Below, one piece after another: positions 42,501 to 53,166 of a stretch of 64,000 nt of DNA. A program made the position numbers and the translations under genes. How positions within the stretch are numbered: the first letter of the stretch is position 1; each line of letters begins with the position of its first letter. Under the pieces are notes generated by a model. That model was not told the DNA's origin. It was given only the letters and a program-made list of their open reading frames with translations, and did not search any database. This DNA comes from an uncultured virus (IMG/VR IMGVR_UViG_2824834302_000001). Taxonomy: Duplodnaviria > Heunggongvirae > Uroviricota > Caudoviricetes. The stretch is taken from IMG/VR virus record IMGVR_UViG_2824834302_000001; one strand, written 5' to 3'.

Positions 42501-45500
42501 TCAACGCGATCGCAAGATTGTCGAGCTTGTTATCGATGCCTCTGGCGTCGAGGCTGGCGAGCGCCGTGTGGCTCTCGCTTATGATCACCTCGGCGAGCGT
42601 GCCGCGGCTGCGCAGGCGAAGGCGACTGCTGCTATCCAGCAGTCAATGCGCATCTATGAAAACCAGCTGCCGCAGTCGATCGAGCGGACGGCTGCGGCTT
42701 ATGACCGGCTCCGATCGAAGACTGATCCGGTTCTTGCTGCGCAGCTGAAGCTCGAATCCGAAATGACGCGGTCCCTGCAGGTGATCAACCGCGCCGTCCT
42801 TCAGGGTGTTACGACCCAGCAGGAGGCTGAGCAGCAGGTTCTTCGTCTGCGTAACCAGCAGGTCGAGCAACTGGACAAGGTTCGTCTTGCGCATGAGCGA
42901 CTGAACGAAGAGCAGAAAAAGGGCGCAAACGACAACTCTGCGCAGGGTCGCCGCCAGATCCTCGGCTACCAGGCCTTCGACATAAGTCAAGGTATCGCAT
43001 CAGGCACGCCGCTCAGCATAATTGCAGCGCAGCAAGGCCCGCAGATTGCCCAGCTATATGCGGGTCAAGGAGGCGTTAAAGCCGCTCTCAGCGATGTGGC
43101 CTCTGTCGCGACGGTAGCCGTATCCAGTATCGGCGCACTGCCGCTTGCATTGGGTGCGGCCGGTGCAGCGGCGATCATGTACGCCAAGAGCAGCGAAACC
43201 TCGCTGAAGAATGCCGACCAGCTGCTGCAACAGCATCAGGCCAACGTGAAAGCACTGGCCGAAGCCTACGGCGTGGCAGAACGTAGCGCACGGTCCTATT
43301 CGGATGCGGACCGGGCTGTTTCGCGGGCATCGACGATTGGTAGCCTCGCCGAGCAGCAGAAGCTGCAGGTGCAGGCGGCGCGCGAGTTGCGCGAACAGTT
43401 TGGCACCATGCAGACCCCTGGCAAAGGTGGGCAGGCGTTCTTCAATCTCTCTCCAGATTACAAGCCGTTTGAGGACGCATTCCGCGGGCTCGACAGCGGC
43501 ATTCGCAGCGGCCGGATCGAGGGGGAGAAGTTCATTGATACGATCTCGGAAATCTCGAAGGTTAACCCTCAGTACGAGGAGTTTGGCAACAAAATCCTCA
43601 AGGCTGCCCAGCAGTTTCTGCAGATCAATACAGAGATCACAAAAACCAAGGATCTTCTGACGCAGATCGGCACCTTGCCGCCGCTAGATCCGTTGGGCGT
43701 CTTCAGTCCCATTCGCGATGCGCAGGCTCAGGCCGACCGGACGCCATCGCTCTTTCAGCAACAGCAGAACCGCCTCGCCGCCATCAGGCAGGAGGCTGCT
43801 GCGCGCTCTCCAGCCGAGCGCGAGGCTGCGGCGCGCGCCTCCGCGGCTGCGCAGTTCAACGAAAGGGAAAGCACGACGGATCGCGACTACAGGATCGATC
43901 TCGCGGGCATGCAAGCAAGAATTGCCGCCGAACATCAACTGCTGGAGGCGCAGCGCGATCGTGCGCAGAACATGCAGCGAATGGTGCAGGACCAGCAGAC
44001 GGAAATCGACCTGATTGGCAAGACCGGCGGCGAAGTTGTTGCGCTGCGCAAGGAATATGAGCTGACTTCGGCGTTGCGTATCGAGGCGGCAAAAAATGGC
44101 GTCGACGTCGACCAATCCGAACTGGAGTTGATCCGCCAGAAGGCGCAGGAACTTGGCAAGCTGACCGACGCCTATAACCGTGCCAAGCTGGCAAATGATC
44201 TGCAGTTCGAGCGCGAGCAAATCTTCCGTTCGTCTGAAGATCAGCAGATCGCCTCCCGGCAGCGCGGAGCCGGCTTGCCGGTCGACCTGATGTCGCAGGA
44301 AGCGCAGGTGATGCGTGACAACATGCGGATTCAGGAACTGCGCGATGGCGTGCGCGGCTTCTTCACCGATTTCCGCGACGGATTGATGCAAGGTGACAGC
44401 ATCGGCGAGGCGCTCGGTAATGCGATCCTGAACGCGCTCAACAATGTTCTAGCGAAGGTGACGGACCGGCTGTTCGAACAGTTCGTCAATGCGATCGTTG
44501 GTACGGGGTCGAGCGGCGGACTGCTCGGCAGCCTGGGCATCGGTAAAATTGCAGCCAACGACAATTTCTCGGCCAATACAACGCTTGGAAAGCTTCTCGG
44601 TGCCGTAAACGACAACGTCGGGACGGCTCCGGTGACGCCCGTCACGCGTGCTCCTCTCGGCGATGTGGCCAGTTACATCGCGCAAGCGGCGACGCAGCGC
44701 GGGATCGACCCGAGCATCGCACTCGCTGTTGCTCGCTCTGAAGGTGGGCTGAGCAGTTGGAACCTGCAGTCCAACTATGTGAAGAACGGGGTGCGGGAAG
44801 CATCTTTTGGACCATTCCAGCTCTATAAGGGCGGCGGCCTTGGGAATGCCTTCATGTCGAAGACTGGACTTGATCCGGCCATCGCCGCCAATGGTCCTGC
44901 CGGCATCGATTTCGCGCTCGACTATGCCTCCAAAAACGGCTGGGGCGCATGGTATGGGGCAGGCAAGGCTGGGATCAGCAAGTGGCAGGGGATCGGTGCT
45001 AACCAGAACATGGAAAGCGCCGCCGATGCGGTCAACAAGCTGAGCTCTTCTGCCGGCGTTGCCACCAAAGGTCTCGATGGCTTGGGTGGTGGACTCAGCA
45101 ACATGGCGCCGGCCGTCAACACTGCTGCGCAGGGGTTGACCAATCTTGGTGGCGGCCTCGGCCAATTCTCCCAGCAGCTGGTGGCGGCGGCGAACGGTGC
45201 CAACAGTCCATCAAGCTTCCTTGGTAGCCTTGGGAGCCTATTCGGAGGCATTTCGCCGACGAGCTCGATGTGGGCGCCGAATACGACGCTTGGCAGCTTC
45301 CTCATTCGCGGCTTTGCCGAAGGCACTGACTTCGCGCCTGGTGGCGTTGCAATGGTCGGGGAGCGCGGCCGTGAGCTGGTGAACCTGCCGCGCGGCTCGA
45401 AGGTGGTGCCGAATCAAAAAACCGAAGCATTGCTTTCCGGCGCCAGGAGCGCGGCGAATGTGAATGTGAATTTCAACGTGGTCAACAACAACGGGTCGAG

Positions 45501-45654
45501 CGTGAAAGCACAGCGGCGCGATACGAATGACGGGCTGCAGTTCGATGTCATTATCGACGAGGCCGTCGCCTCGAATCTGAGCACGCCTGGAACGCGCTCG
45601 CGCCGTGCCGTGAAGTCGCAATTCGGTCTTTCGGAAGGCCTTGCACGTCGATGA
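42493..45654 (+). CDS. Tape measure protein with lysozyme-like domain
   Basis: 1053 aa, Ala/Gln-rich; QQGPQI; VARSEGG...GPFQLY; FAEG...VGERGRELV. Confidence 0.92.
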   Translation: MADQRDRKIVELVIDASGVEAGERRVALAYDHLGERAAAAQAKATAAIQQSMRIYENQLPQSIERTAAAYDRLRSKTDPVLAAQLKLESEMTRSLQVINRAVLQGVTTQQEAEQQVLRLRNQQVEQLDKVRLAHERLNEEQKKGANDNSAQGRRQILGYQAFDISQGIASGTPLSIIAAQQGPQIAQLYAGQGGVKAALSDVASVATVAVSSIGALPLALGAAGAAAIMYAKSSETSLKNADQLLQQHQANVKALAEAYGVAERSARSYSDADRAVSRASTIGSLAEQQKLQVQAARELREQFGTMQTPGKGGQAFFNLSPDYKPFEDAFRGLDSGIRSGRIEGEKFIDTISEISKVNPQYEEFGNKILKAAQQFLQINTEITKTKDLLTQIGTLPPLDPLGVFSPIRDAQAQADRTPSLFQQQQNRLAAIRQEAAARSPAEREAAARASAAAQFNERESTTDRDYRIDLAGMQARIAAEHQLLEAQRDRAQNMQRMVQDQQTEIDLIGKTGGEVVALRKEYELTSALRIEAAKNGVDVDQSELELIRQKAQELGKLTDAYNRAKLANDLQFEREQIFRSSEDQQIASRQRGAGLPVDLMSQEAQVMRDNMRIQELRDGVRGFFTDFRDGLMQGDSIGEALGNAILNALNNVLAKVTDRLFEQFVNAIVGTGSSGGLLGSLGIGKIAANDNFSANTTLGKLLGAVNDNVGTAPVTPVTRAPLGDVASYIAQAATQRGIDPSIALAVARSEGGLSSWNLQSNYVKNGVREASFGPFQLYKGGGLGNAFMSKTGLDPAIAANGPAGIDFALDYASKNGWGAWYGAGKAGISKWQGIGANQNMESAADAVNKLSSSAGVATKGLDGLGGGLSNMAPAVNTAAQGLTNLGGGLGQFSQQLVAAANGANSPSSFLGSLGSLFGGISPTSSMWAPNTTLGSFLIRGFAEGTDFAPGGVAMVGERGRELVNLPRGSKVVPNQKTEALLSGARSAANVNVNFNVVNNNGSSVKAQRRDTNDGLQFDVIIDEAVASNLSTPGTRSRRAVKSQFGLSEGLARR

Positions 45655-46004
45655 CAGTTCCCTCCTGGCCCGCAGGCCTGCCGCAAGAATTCCTGCAAGA
45701 CGGTTACTCTGAAGAGGGAGCTGACAATCTGCTCGCCTCTAATGTCTCTGTCGGGCCTGCCAAGGTGCGCCGGCGCACGACAGCGAATGTCCGGCCGATC
45801 ACCGGCAGCATGATGATGATCGAGGCGCAATATCAAGCGTTCATTGACTTCGTGACCGATGACATCAAGGACCGCGCGCTCGCCTTCACTTTCCCTGATC
45901 CGCATGGCGGTTCGCCGTTGCTGGTGAGAATGCGCCAGCCGGCGTCGATCTCCTCGGTCGGCATCGACTGGCGTGTTCAAATCGCACTCGAGGTGCTGCC
46001 ATGA
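45651..46004 (+). CDS. Distal tail protein
   Basis: WP..LP, GPAKVRRR motif; follows TMP. Confidence 0.7.
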   Translation: MTVPSWPAGLPQEFLQDGYSEEGADNLLASNVSVGPAKVRRRTTANVRPITGSMMMIEAQYQAFIDFVTDDIKDRALAFTFPDPHGGSPLLVRMRQPASISSVGIDWRVQIALEVLP

Positions 46005-46504
46005 GCCGGAATGTAAGCGATCGGTTCCGTGAGGTCGTCTATGCCCAGGAAACGGACGAGGTCGTAATTTGTCTCCTTACTGTGACGCATGAGGACCTCG
46101 GCACGCCGATCTACCTGTCGAGTGATCCAACCGAACGGCTTTCCGACGACCCGCTCATCTATGGGACGAACAGCCGAGGCAATGAATACCTCTTCTTGCC
46201 GTTCGAGTTCACCCTGCCTGACGACGATAGCGATAGCCCGCCGCGTGTCCAACTTAGCATGGACAACACGGACCGGTCCCTGGTTACGATTCTGCGAAGC
46301 ATTGCGACGCCGGCGGACATCAAGGTCGAACTCGTCCTGGCCAGTGATTTAAGCACGATCGAGATCCAGCTGCCGGCACTTCAGCTTTCGGATGTGACTA
46401 TGGACGATGGCAGGATCTCCGCCACGCTGGTCGCGGATGCGCTCATCAATGAGCCACACCCGGCGCAGCTTTTCACGCCTGGCAGCTTCCCTGGTCTATT
46501 TTGA
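46001..46504 (+). CDS. Minor tail protein (DUF1833-like)
   Basis: PFEFTLP, L.MDN, FTPGSFPGLF. Confidence 0.75.
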   Translation: MSRNVSDRFREVVYAQETDEVVICLLTVTHEDLGTPIYLSSDPTERLSDDPLIYGTNSRGNEYLFLPFEFTLPDDDSDSPPRVQLSMDNTDRSLVTILRSIATPADIKVELVLASDLSTIEIQLPALQLSDVTMDDGRISATLVADALINEPHPAQLFTPGSFPGLF

Positions 46505-46506
46505 TC

Positions 46507-46911
46507 ATGTCCAAGACAGCGAGCGACTTTGTCGGGATTCCATATGTGGCTCACGGGCGCGAATACGCCGGCGCGGACTGCTGGGGCATCCTGTTCCTCT
46601 TCTATCGAGATATGCTCGGCACTCCGGTGCCGGCATATTCCGCCGAGATGGATGCCAGGGAGTTCCGCCGCGGGGATATCGGCCCGTTGATCGCCGAGGA
46701 ATGTGAGAAAAACTGGCGGCAAGTCGACGCACCTGTTTTCGGCGACTGTGTGCTGATGCGAGCGGGCCGGCATGACAGCCATGTAGGCGTCTTTCTCGGT
46801 CAAGGCCGAATGCTTCACAGCGAAGGGCCGGATGATCCGTCCGTCATCCAGCGCATGGGCGACATGCGCTGGCGAAGTCGAATTTCCGGGTTCTACCGGC
46901 TCAATCAATAG
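46507..46911 (+). CDS. NlpC/P60 tail-tip protein
   Basis: GIPY, GADCWG, HVGV, MLHS. Confidence 0.88.
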   Translation: MSKTASDFVGIPYVAHGREYAGADCWGILFLFYRDMLGTPVPAYSAEMDAREFRRGDIGPLIAEECEKNWRQVDAPVFGDCVLMRAGRHDSHVGVFLGQGRMLHSEGPDDPSVIQRMGDMRWRSRISGFYRLNQ

Positions 46912-46920
46912 GGCAGATCA

Positions 46921-49900
46921 ATGCAACTAGTATCGGCGCCGGCGCCGGTTGAGATCTTCGCGCCGGGCGAAGGCGTAGACGTTTATCTGCGTCGCTCGCC
47001 ACTGCGCCAGCATCGCGAGCACATACGCGTGCCGGCCTGCCTTTCTGTCGCCGAGATCTTAGACTTTTGCGAAGTCGAACCGTCGAGGCTGTACATCACG
47101 ATCAACGGCCACTCGATCAACCAGGCAAACTGGCCGCGCGTGCGGGTCAAGGCTGGTGCCTCTGTCGCGATCGTGAAGGTGCCCGGCAAGGGGATGCTTA
47201 AGAGCATTCTTGGCGCCATTGTGTCGATAGCCGCGGCGATTTTTGCGCCATACCTTCTCGGCGTGCTCGCGCCAGCCTTGGTCGGCACAGCTGCCGGCGC
47301 CGCGGTAACCGGTCTGATCGGCGCCGGCCTGACTGTCGTTGGCTCATTGGTGATTAATGCTCTGTTTCCGGTTGCCAAACCAAAACAGCAAGCGGCCGAC
47401 AACACGAAGACGCTTTATTCCATTGGTGGCGCGCAAAACGAGAACTTGCAGTATGGCGCGGTGCCAGAAATCTTCGGTGTCCATCGTATCTCGCCCCCCA
47501 AGGCGGCCGGTGACTACACCGAGATCGTAGGTGACGACCAATACCTGCGGCAGCTTTTCTGCGTCGGCTACGGTCCCGTCGACATAAGCGACCTTAAAAT
47601 CGCCGAGACGCCGATCAGCAAGTTCGAAGAGGCCACCTATGAGATCATCACCAACCACCTGACCCAGTCTCCGACGCTCTACACCAAGCCGGTGTACGAG
47701 GAGAGCGTCTCCGTCCTGCTCGATAGCGCCAGCGGGTGGATTCAGCGCACGACGGCCGACAATGTCGATGAAATATCGGTCGACGTCAGCTTTCCAAATG
47801 GGGTCTATCGGTACAAGAAGAAGAACGGCGAGAGAGTCCATTACGGCGTTAACATCGAAGTACACTACGCGGTGGCCGATAGCGGCGCGTGGGTGGCTAT
47901 GGGCACTATTTCTGTCGTGGCCGCCTCTGCGCAAGCAGTCAGGCGCTCGCTCTCCGTGGCGGTGCCCCGTGGCCAATATGACGTGCGCCTTTGGAAATCA
48001 TCGGCAGATTACTCTGGCGACGATACCGTATCTGAAACGGCCTACTGGACGGCTGTTCGTGGTCGCCGCAATGAGCCAGTGATCAGCTTCAGCAAGCCGC
48101 TGACGCTGATCGCCTTGAGAATCAAGGCTACGAATGAGCTCAACGGCACGGTCAATCAGCTCAACTGCATCGTTAGCCCGCGTATCCGATCCTGGAATGG
48201 CATTTCATGGGCGTCCAACCAGGTTACCCGGAATCCGGCAGACCACTTCAGGCAAGTGCTGCAAGGCAACGCAAACGCCCGTCCCGTTGCTGATGCTTCC
48301 ATTGATCTGCAAAGCATTGAGGACTGGCATGCATACTGCGAAGCGCAGGGCTTCACGTTCGATCTGGTGGCGGCCGATCAGGTGTCGGTCTACGACCGCC
48401 TGACCCAAATCGCCGCAGCTGGTAGAGCTTCCGTTTCGTTCCGAGATGGCAAGTGGGGCGTTGTTTGGGATGTTGCCGGGTCCGACATCGTGCAGCATTT
48501 CACACCGCGCAACTCGTCCGGCTTCTCTTCGACAAGGGCCTATGCGGACCTGCCCCATGGCTTCCGCGTCAACTTCATCAATCGAGATAACAACTACCTC
48601 AACGACGAGCGCGTTGTCTATGATGATGGATACACGGCGGCCAATGCAACGAAGTTCGAAGGCCTCGACTTCCCGGGCGTCACGGACACCAAGCTGATCT
48701 GGCGTCACGGCCGCTACCACATCGCGCAACTTCGTCTGCAGCGCGAAACTTACACGCTGACGACCGACTTCGAGCATCTGGTCTGCACCAGGGGCGACCG
48801 GGTGCGCGTCAATCATGACGTGGTGCTATGGGGGCTGGGGGCGGCGCGCGTCAAGACGGTCTCTGCGGGCGGCGTTACGCTCGACGATACGTTCTCAATG
48901 GAGAGCGGCAAGGCATACTCGATGCGGTTCAGACTGGCCGACGGAACGTCGTTGGTTCGCACCGTTGCGGGCGTGGACGGCGAGTTCACCGCCTTCACGT
49001 TCTCCGACACGGGCGCGCTGCCTTCGGTTGGAGATTTGGTGCAGTTCGGCGAGAACGGCATGGAGAGCGTTGTTCTCCGCGTCAAGAGCATCGCGCCGCA
49101 GGCTGACCTGTCGGCCAAGTTGGAACTCGTCGACGATGCGCCGGCGATCTTGACGGCCGACACCGGAACCATCCCGCCTTTCCAGACGGGCACGCCGGCC
49201 TTGGTGGACTATCGCTCCTATGCGCCGACGGCATTGTCTTCGGTGGAAAGCATTTGGACAACAGCGCCACCGACGTCGGCTCTGATGTTGTCTTGGGTCG
49301 CTCCAGAGATCGGCAAGGTTACGGAATACATCGTTCAGTATGCCGTGAAGGGAACGACCAATTGGTCGAATGCCATCACTGTCGGCGCGCCCCAGGTGGA
49401 GCTGCGCGCACTCGATCCCGGCGCTTACAGCATTCGGATTCGGGCGATTTTCGCAAATGGTCAGTTGTCGGGATGGCTGAATGAGACTGTAGCTGCCGCC
49501 ATCTTCGCAACCGCTCCAGCGGATGTAACGGGCTTTGCTATTGCGGTGACTGGTGACTTGGCAACCCTAACGTGGGATGCGATCAGCGCCGATACGGGGA
49601 TATCTCACTACGAGATCCGGTACTCGCCTGTGCCGTCGGCATTGATAACATGGCAGTCCGCATCGATTTTGCGGTCGCAGGCCGCCGGATCGCAGGCGCA
49701 GGTAGCGCCGCTACGCGGCACATATCTGATCAAGGCGGTCAGTTATTCGGGTCTTCAATCCGCAAATCCGGCGGTGATCGTCAGCACAATAGATGGCCTT
49801 ACCAGTTTCAATGCCGTGGAGGCCGCTCAAGAGGTTGCGCCGTTTGTTGGAACTAAAGACGGCACCTACTACAACGGTGTTGCTCTTATTCTTGATGTCG

Positions 49901-50568
49901 GCTCTGATGTCTTCGATCTGAATGACTTCTTCGAGGTTGATGATTTCTTCCTGCCGGAAGATAAATTTCTGCCATCAGGATACTACTACTTCGTCGATAC
50001 GGTTGACCTGGGCGATATCTATACATCGCGCATTTCAGCCGAGATCGACGCGCATGGCGAGTCTTTCAGCGATGACTTCTTCGCGCTGACAGATGCATTC
50101 GACCCTGAAGACTTCTTCGGCGATGTCGGCAGCTCTTGGAATGTGTCTCTCGAAATCTCGGTGACCGATGACGATCCGGGCGGGACACCAGTTTGGTCCG
50201 ACTGGGCAACGCTGGTCACCGGCGATGTTTCGGCGCGCGGCTTCCGCTTTCGAGCTCTCCTCGAGAGCAGTCAGAACGATGTCTCGCCGGTTGTAGATGG
50301 GCTGACGGTCACGATCGACATGCCGGACAGGGTGATCGCCGGAAACGATCTGGTGATCGGCACTGGCGGCGTCGCGATAGCGTTCAATCCAGCCTTCAAG
50401 CATCTGCAGGGTGTCTCGATCGCCGCTCAGGGCCTGGCCACCGGCGACTACTACGAAATCACCAGCAAAAACGAAACGGGCTTCACCATCATATTCAAGA
50501 ATGCAGCCGGCGCCGCAATCTCGCGAACGCTCGACTACGTCGCAAAAGGATACGGGACTCTACAATGA
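46921..50568 (+). CDS. Tail-tip/host-specificity protein (lambda I+J-like fusion with FN3 domains)
   Basis: 1215 aa; N-terminal ubiquitin-like/hydrophobic segment, VPEIFG, NPA, FN3-like repeats. Confidence 0.88.
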   Translation: MQLVSAPAPVEIFAPGEGVDVYLRRSPLRQHREHIRVPACLSVAEILDFCEVEPSRLYITINGHSINQANWPRVRVKAGASVAIVKVPGKGMLKSILGAIVSIAAAIFAPYLLGVLAPALVGTAAGAAVTGLIGAGLTVVGSLVINALFPVAKPKQQAADNTKTLYSIGGAQNENLQYGAVPEIFGVHRISPPKAAGDYTEIVGDDQYLRQLFCVGYGPVDISDLKIAETPISKFEEATYEIITNHLTQSPTLYTKPVYEESVSVLLDSASGWIQRTTADNVDEISVDVSFPNGVYRYKKKNGERVHYGVNIEVHYAVADSGAWVAMGTISVVAASAQAVRRSLSVAVPRGQYDVRLWKSSADYSGDDTVSETAYWTAVRGRRNEPVISFSKPLTLIALRIKATNELNGTVNQLNCIVSPRIRSWNGISWASNQVTRNPADHFRQVLQGNANARPVADASIDLQSIEDWHAYCEAQGFTFDLVAADQVSVYDRLTQIAAAGRASVSFRDGKWGVVWDVAGSDIVQHFTPRNSSGFSSTRAYADLPHGFRVNFINRDNNYLNDERVVYDDGYTAANATKFEGLDFPGVTDTKLIWRHGRYHIAQLRLQRETYTLTTDFEHLVCTRGDRVRVNHDVVLWGLGAARVKTVSAGGVTLDDTFSMESGKAYSMRFRLADGTSLVRTVAGVDGEFTAFTFSDTGALPSVGDLVQFGENGMESVVLRVKSIAPQADLSAKLELVDDAPAILTADTGTIPPFQTGTPALVDYRSYAPTALSSVESIWTTAPPTSALMLSWVAPEIGKVTEYIVQYAVKGTTNWSNAITVGAPQVELRALDPGAYSIRIRAIFANGQLSGWLNETVAAAIFATAPADVTGFAIAVTGDLATLTWDAISADTGISHYEIRYSPVPSALITWQSASILRSQAAGSQAQVAPLRGTYLIKAVSYSGLQSANPAVIVSTIDGLTSFNAVEAAQEVAPFVGTKDGTYYNGVALILDVGSDVFDLNDFFEVDDFFLPEDKFLPSGYYYFVDTVDLGDIYTSRISAEIDAHGESFSDDFFALTDAFDPEDFFGDVGSSWNVSLEISVTDDDPGGTPVWSDWATLVTGDVSARGFRFRALLESSQNDVSPVVDGLTVTIDMPDRVIAGNDLVIGTGGVAIAFNPAFKHLQGVSIAAQGLATGDYYEITSKNETGFTIIFKNAAGAAISRTLDYVAKGYGTLQ

Positions 50569-51440
50569 GCCAAGCAACATCTTGGTCGGTGCCGCTCAGC
50601 GGCCCGGCGACGCCAACCACGATGGCGACCAGAATCGATGACAGCATGGATGCGCTTCTGTCGGCGCACTCTGGATCTGCTCGCCCAGCTTATGCTGTGG
50701 CGGGCACGATCTGGATTTCGACCGCCACGGCAGGGAAACTGAAAAAGTATCTTTACGACGGCACGAATGATCGCCTTCTTGAGACGATCGATATTGCGAC
50801 CGGCGACATCACGCGACCTGGCGCCATTATGAGCGGAGTCATTCAAGATCTGTCTTTTGCTCCCTCGGCGGCGCCCACAAAGATAGCGCACTTCGACAAT
50901 ACCGCCATCACGGCAGGGCAAAACAGAGCGATCAGCATTCCGGATCGCAACATTACATTGGGAATGACGGTAGCTTCAAAAGTTACGCTTCCCTCTGCCG
51001 CATCCGTCGACTTTACAGGCATTCCATCTGGCGTTCGTCGGGTGTCCATAGATCTGGACGCCATCAGCACGAATGGCACGGCAGGGATAGTGATCCAGCT
51101 TGGGACGAGCTCCGGGGTGGAGACAACCGGCTACACTGGCGGGTTTGCAAACACGAGCGCCTCGGGCACGGGCGCGCAAGCAGGTCCGACATCCAGTCTG
51201 GAGTTGGGCATTCCGGGTGCTGCGTCGGATCTTATTACTGGCAGGATCACTCTCGAGCTTATCGACGCAACGAATAATAAGTGGTTAGCCACGGGGCATG
51301 CCGCTGCTCCCGCCGCGTCGCGCTTTCATATCATGGCGGGTGCGAAGGCGCTTGCCGCCGTTCTCGATCGCATCCGCCTGACAACGACCGGCAGCGACAC
51401 ATTCGACGCCGGCTCTGCCACCATCACATGGGAATTTTGA
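50565..51440 (+). CDS. Tail fibre / receptor-binding protein
   Basis: SAHSGSARP..AGTIW N-terminus; VDFTGIPS...LDRIRLTT..DTFDAG C-terminus. Confidence 0.7.
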   Translation: MSQATSWSVPLSGPATPTTMATRIDDSMDALLSAHSGSARPAYAVAGTIWISTATAGKLKKYLYDGTNDRLLETIDIATGDITRPGAIMSGVIQDLSFAPSAAPTKIAHFDNTAITAGQNRAISIPDRNITLGMTVASKVTLPSAASVDFTGIPSGVRRVSIDLDAISTNGTAGIVIQLGTSSGVETTGYTGGFANTSASGTGAQAGPTSSLELGIPGAASDLITGRITLELIDATNNKWLATGHAAAPAASRFHIMAGAKALAAVLDRIRLTTTGSDTFDAGSATITWEF

Positions 51441-51441
51441 T

Positions 51442-51789
51442 ATGGCTCAACGCGCAGAGATAGACTTGCAGACGGGCGAGATGGTTCTTGTCGCCTGGAC
51501 ACCGCCAGAACCTGTTCCGCCGACCGTGGTCGACTATCAGACCGCGATCCAGGGCCTCGTCGATGAGACTGCGCGATCCAAGCAGTTCAATGACGGCGTG
51601 ACGCTGGCAAGCTACAAGGACAGCACCAACCCGCTGTGGGCCGCGCAAGCCGTTGCGTTCATCGCGTGGAGAGATCAGGTTTGGTCCTACAGCTATGCTG
51701 AGTTCGAAAAGGTGCAGTCGGGAGAACGGTCACAGCCGTCTGTCGCTGGTTTCCTGGCCGAACTTGAGGTCATTACTTGGCCGGCTTGA
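51442..51789 (+). CDS. Tail fibre assembly chaperone-like protein
   Basis: ASYKDS...AFIAWRDQVW...ITWP; follows fibre. Confidence 0.65.
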   Translation: MAQRAEIDLQTGEMVLVAWTPPEPVPPTVVDYQTAIQGLVDETARSKQFNDGVTLASYKDSTNPLWAAQAVAFIAWRDQVWSYSYAEFEKVQSGERSQPSVAGFLAELEVITWPA

Positions 51790-52823
51790 ACCTCAGATCG
51801 ATCGCTGTCGCGGAAAAATCGTTGCAGGGAACGCATGGGCTGCTCGTAAAAATCATGAACGAGCTTTGCGAGCAGCACTGTGATCGGAGCGGATAAGACT
51901 GCCACCCACAGGATCGGTGCCGACGGCATGGCTGATTTCACAATCCCGAAAACGGGATAGTGCAGCAAGTACAGTGCAAAACTGATCTCACCGAGAAACG
52001 TGGCCAAGCGAGCGGCGACGCCGTCAAGGCGGGTGTTCGCGGCGACCCAGACGATTAACAGCGACGCCGCGATCATCACTAGCGAGATTGGTCCGCTGAG
52101 AAGTTGCTCTCGAGACGTCCCCAGGATCAGCGGCGCGAGAAACGTCACCAGCATCAATCCGACGATGCTCGCCGCTCTTACCCATTGTGTGCCTGGCACG
52201 GCCAGAGATGGCTGGAACGCCTTCGCCATGAAGATCCCGCCGACAAAGTACAAAATGAAGGTGACCGGCTGCGTATAGTAGAGCCAATTGTTCTCGCGCA
52301 TTGGGCTGATGTTAAAAGTTGCGCCGACATAAAATCGGCTGATCACAAGCAGGACAAGAAACAGGACGGCAGTCGAGAGGGCCGACCTGAAAATCAGCAG
52401 AAACGGGAACATCAAGTAGAATACGGCCTCAATCCCCACGCTCCAGCCGCCAGAGACAATTGACATGTATCCGGGGAAAGTAAGGCCAGATAGCAATGTG
52501 GTGTTCAGCAGCCCATTCACGATGTTTGTGTCGGAAGGCCCGGCAGTGAACGTGCAGTACAGAGTGACAGCAGCGTAAAGCGGCACGATCCGAAATATTC
52601 GGGCCAGGTAAAAGCTTCGCGTGTCCATGTTCGACGATCCGTCTGTTCCATACATGTAGTAAAGCGCGAACCCCGACAGGATGAAGAAAATATAGACGCC
52701 GTATGTCCCTGCGGCGTTCTGCGGCCCCAAGCCCATTTCCCATGTGTAATGGCAGAGCATGATGGTGATCGCGCAAAGGCCGCGAACTGCATCAAGTCCC
52801 AATAGGCGACCTTTCGAAAGCAA
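51693..52823 (-). CDS. Acyltransferase-3 (OafA/Oac-like) membrane O-acyltransferase moron
   Basis: LDAVRG, FFILSGF, FYLARIFRIVP, WSVGIE..FY, GEISFALYLLH, YEQP; TTG start after GAGGA. Confidence 0.9.
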   Translation of the reverse strand: MLSKGRLLGLDAVRGLCAITIMLCHYTWEMGLGPQNAAGTYGVYIFFILSGFALYYMYGTDGSSNMDTRSFYLARIFRIVPLYAAVTLYCTFTAGPSDTNIVNGLLNTTLLSGLTFPGYMSIVSGGWSVGIEAVFYLMFPFLLIFRSALSTAVLFLVLLVISRFYVGATFNISPMRENNWLYYTQPVTFILYFVGGIFMAKAFQPSLAVPGTQWVRAASIVGLMLVTFLAPLILGTSREQLLSGPISLVMIAASLLIVWVAANTRLDGVAARLATFLGEISFALYLLHYPVFGIVKSAMPSAPILWVAVLSAPITVLLAKLVHDFYEQPMRSLQRFFRDSDRSEVQAGQVMTSSSARKPATDGCDRSPDCTFSNSA

Positions 52824-52911
52824 GGTTGCATCCTCTGCGTTTGGTGGCTGAAGGGCTGAATATCTAGCATTGCGCCTCTCTCCAAGCAATGAACAACATC
52901 AGGAGTCCCTA

Positions 52912-53166
52912 ATGCTCGTCCACAACTGGCGCGAGGTGCTGAAGCGTGCCTGGTCGGTGCGGTTGATGGCCCTGTCGCTGCTGCTCATCATCCTTGAGCC
53001 TATCTATAATTTCGTCGCAGCGACCTGGGTATCGCACAACATCTACATCCAACTCGGCATGCAGATGGTGACCGGCCTTCTTGCCGCGGCGGCGATCGTC
53101 GCCCGCATCTTTTTTCAGCGAAAAATATCAGGAGACCTCAATGGCAAACCGCCTGCAGAAGGGTAG
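52912..53166 (+). CDS. Holin
   Basis: NWREVLKRAWSVRL, two TM helices, upstream of endolysin. Confidence 0.75.
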   Translation: MLVHNWREVLKRAWSVRLMALSLLLIILEPIYNFVAATWVSHNIYIQLGMQMVTGLLAAAAIVARIFFQRKISGDLNGKPPAEG

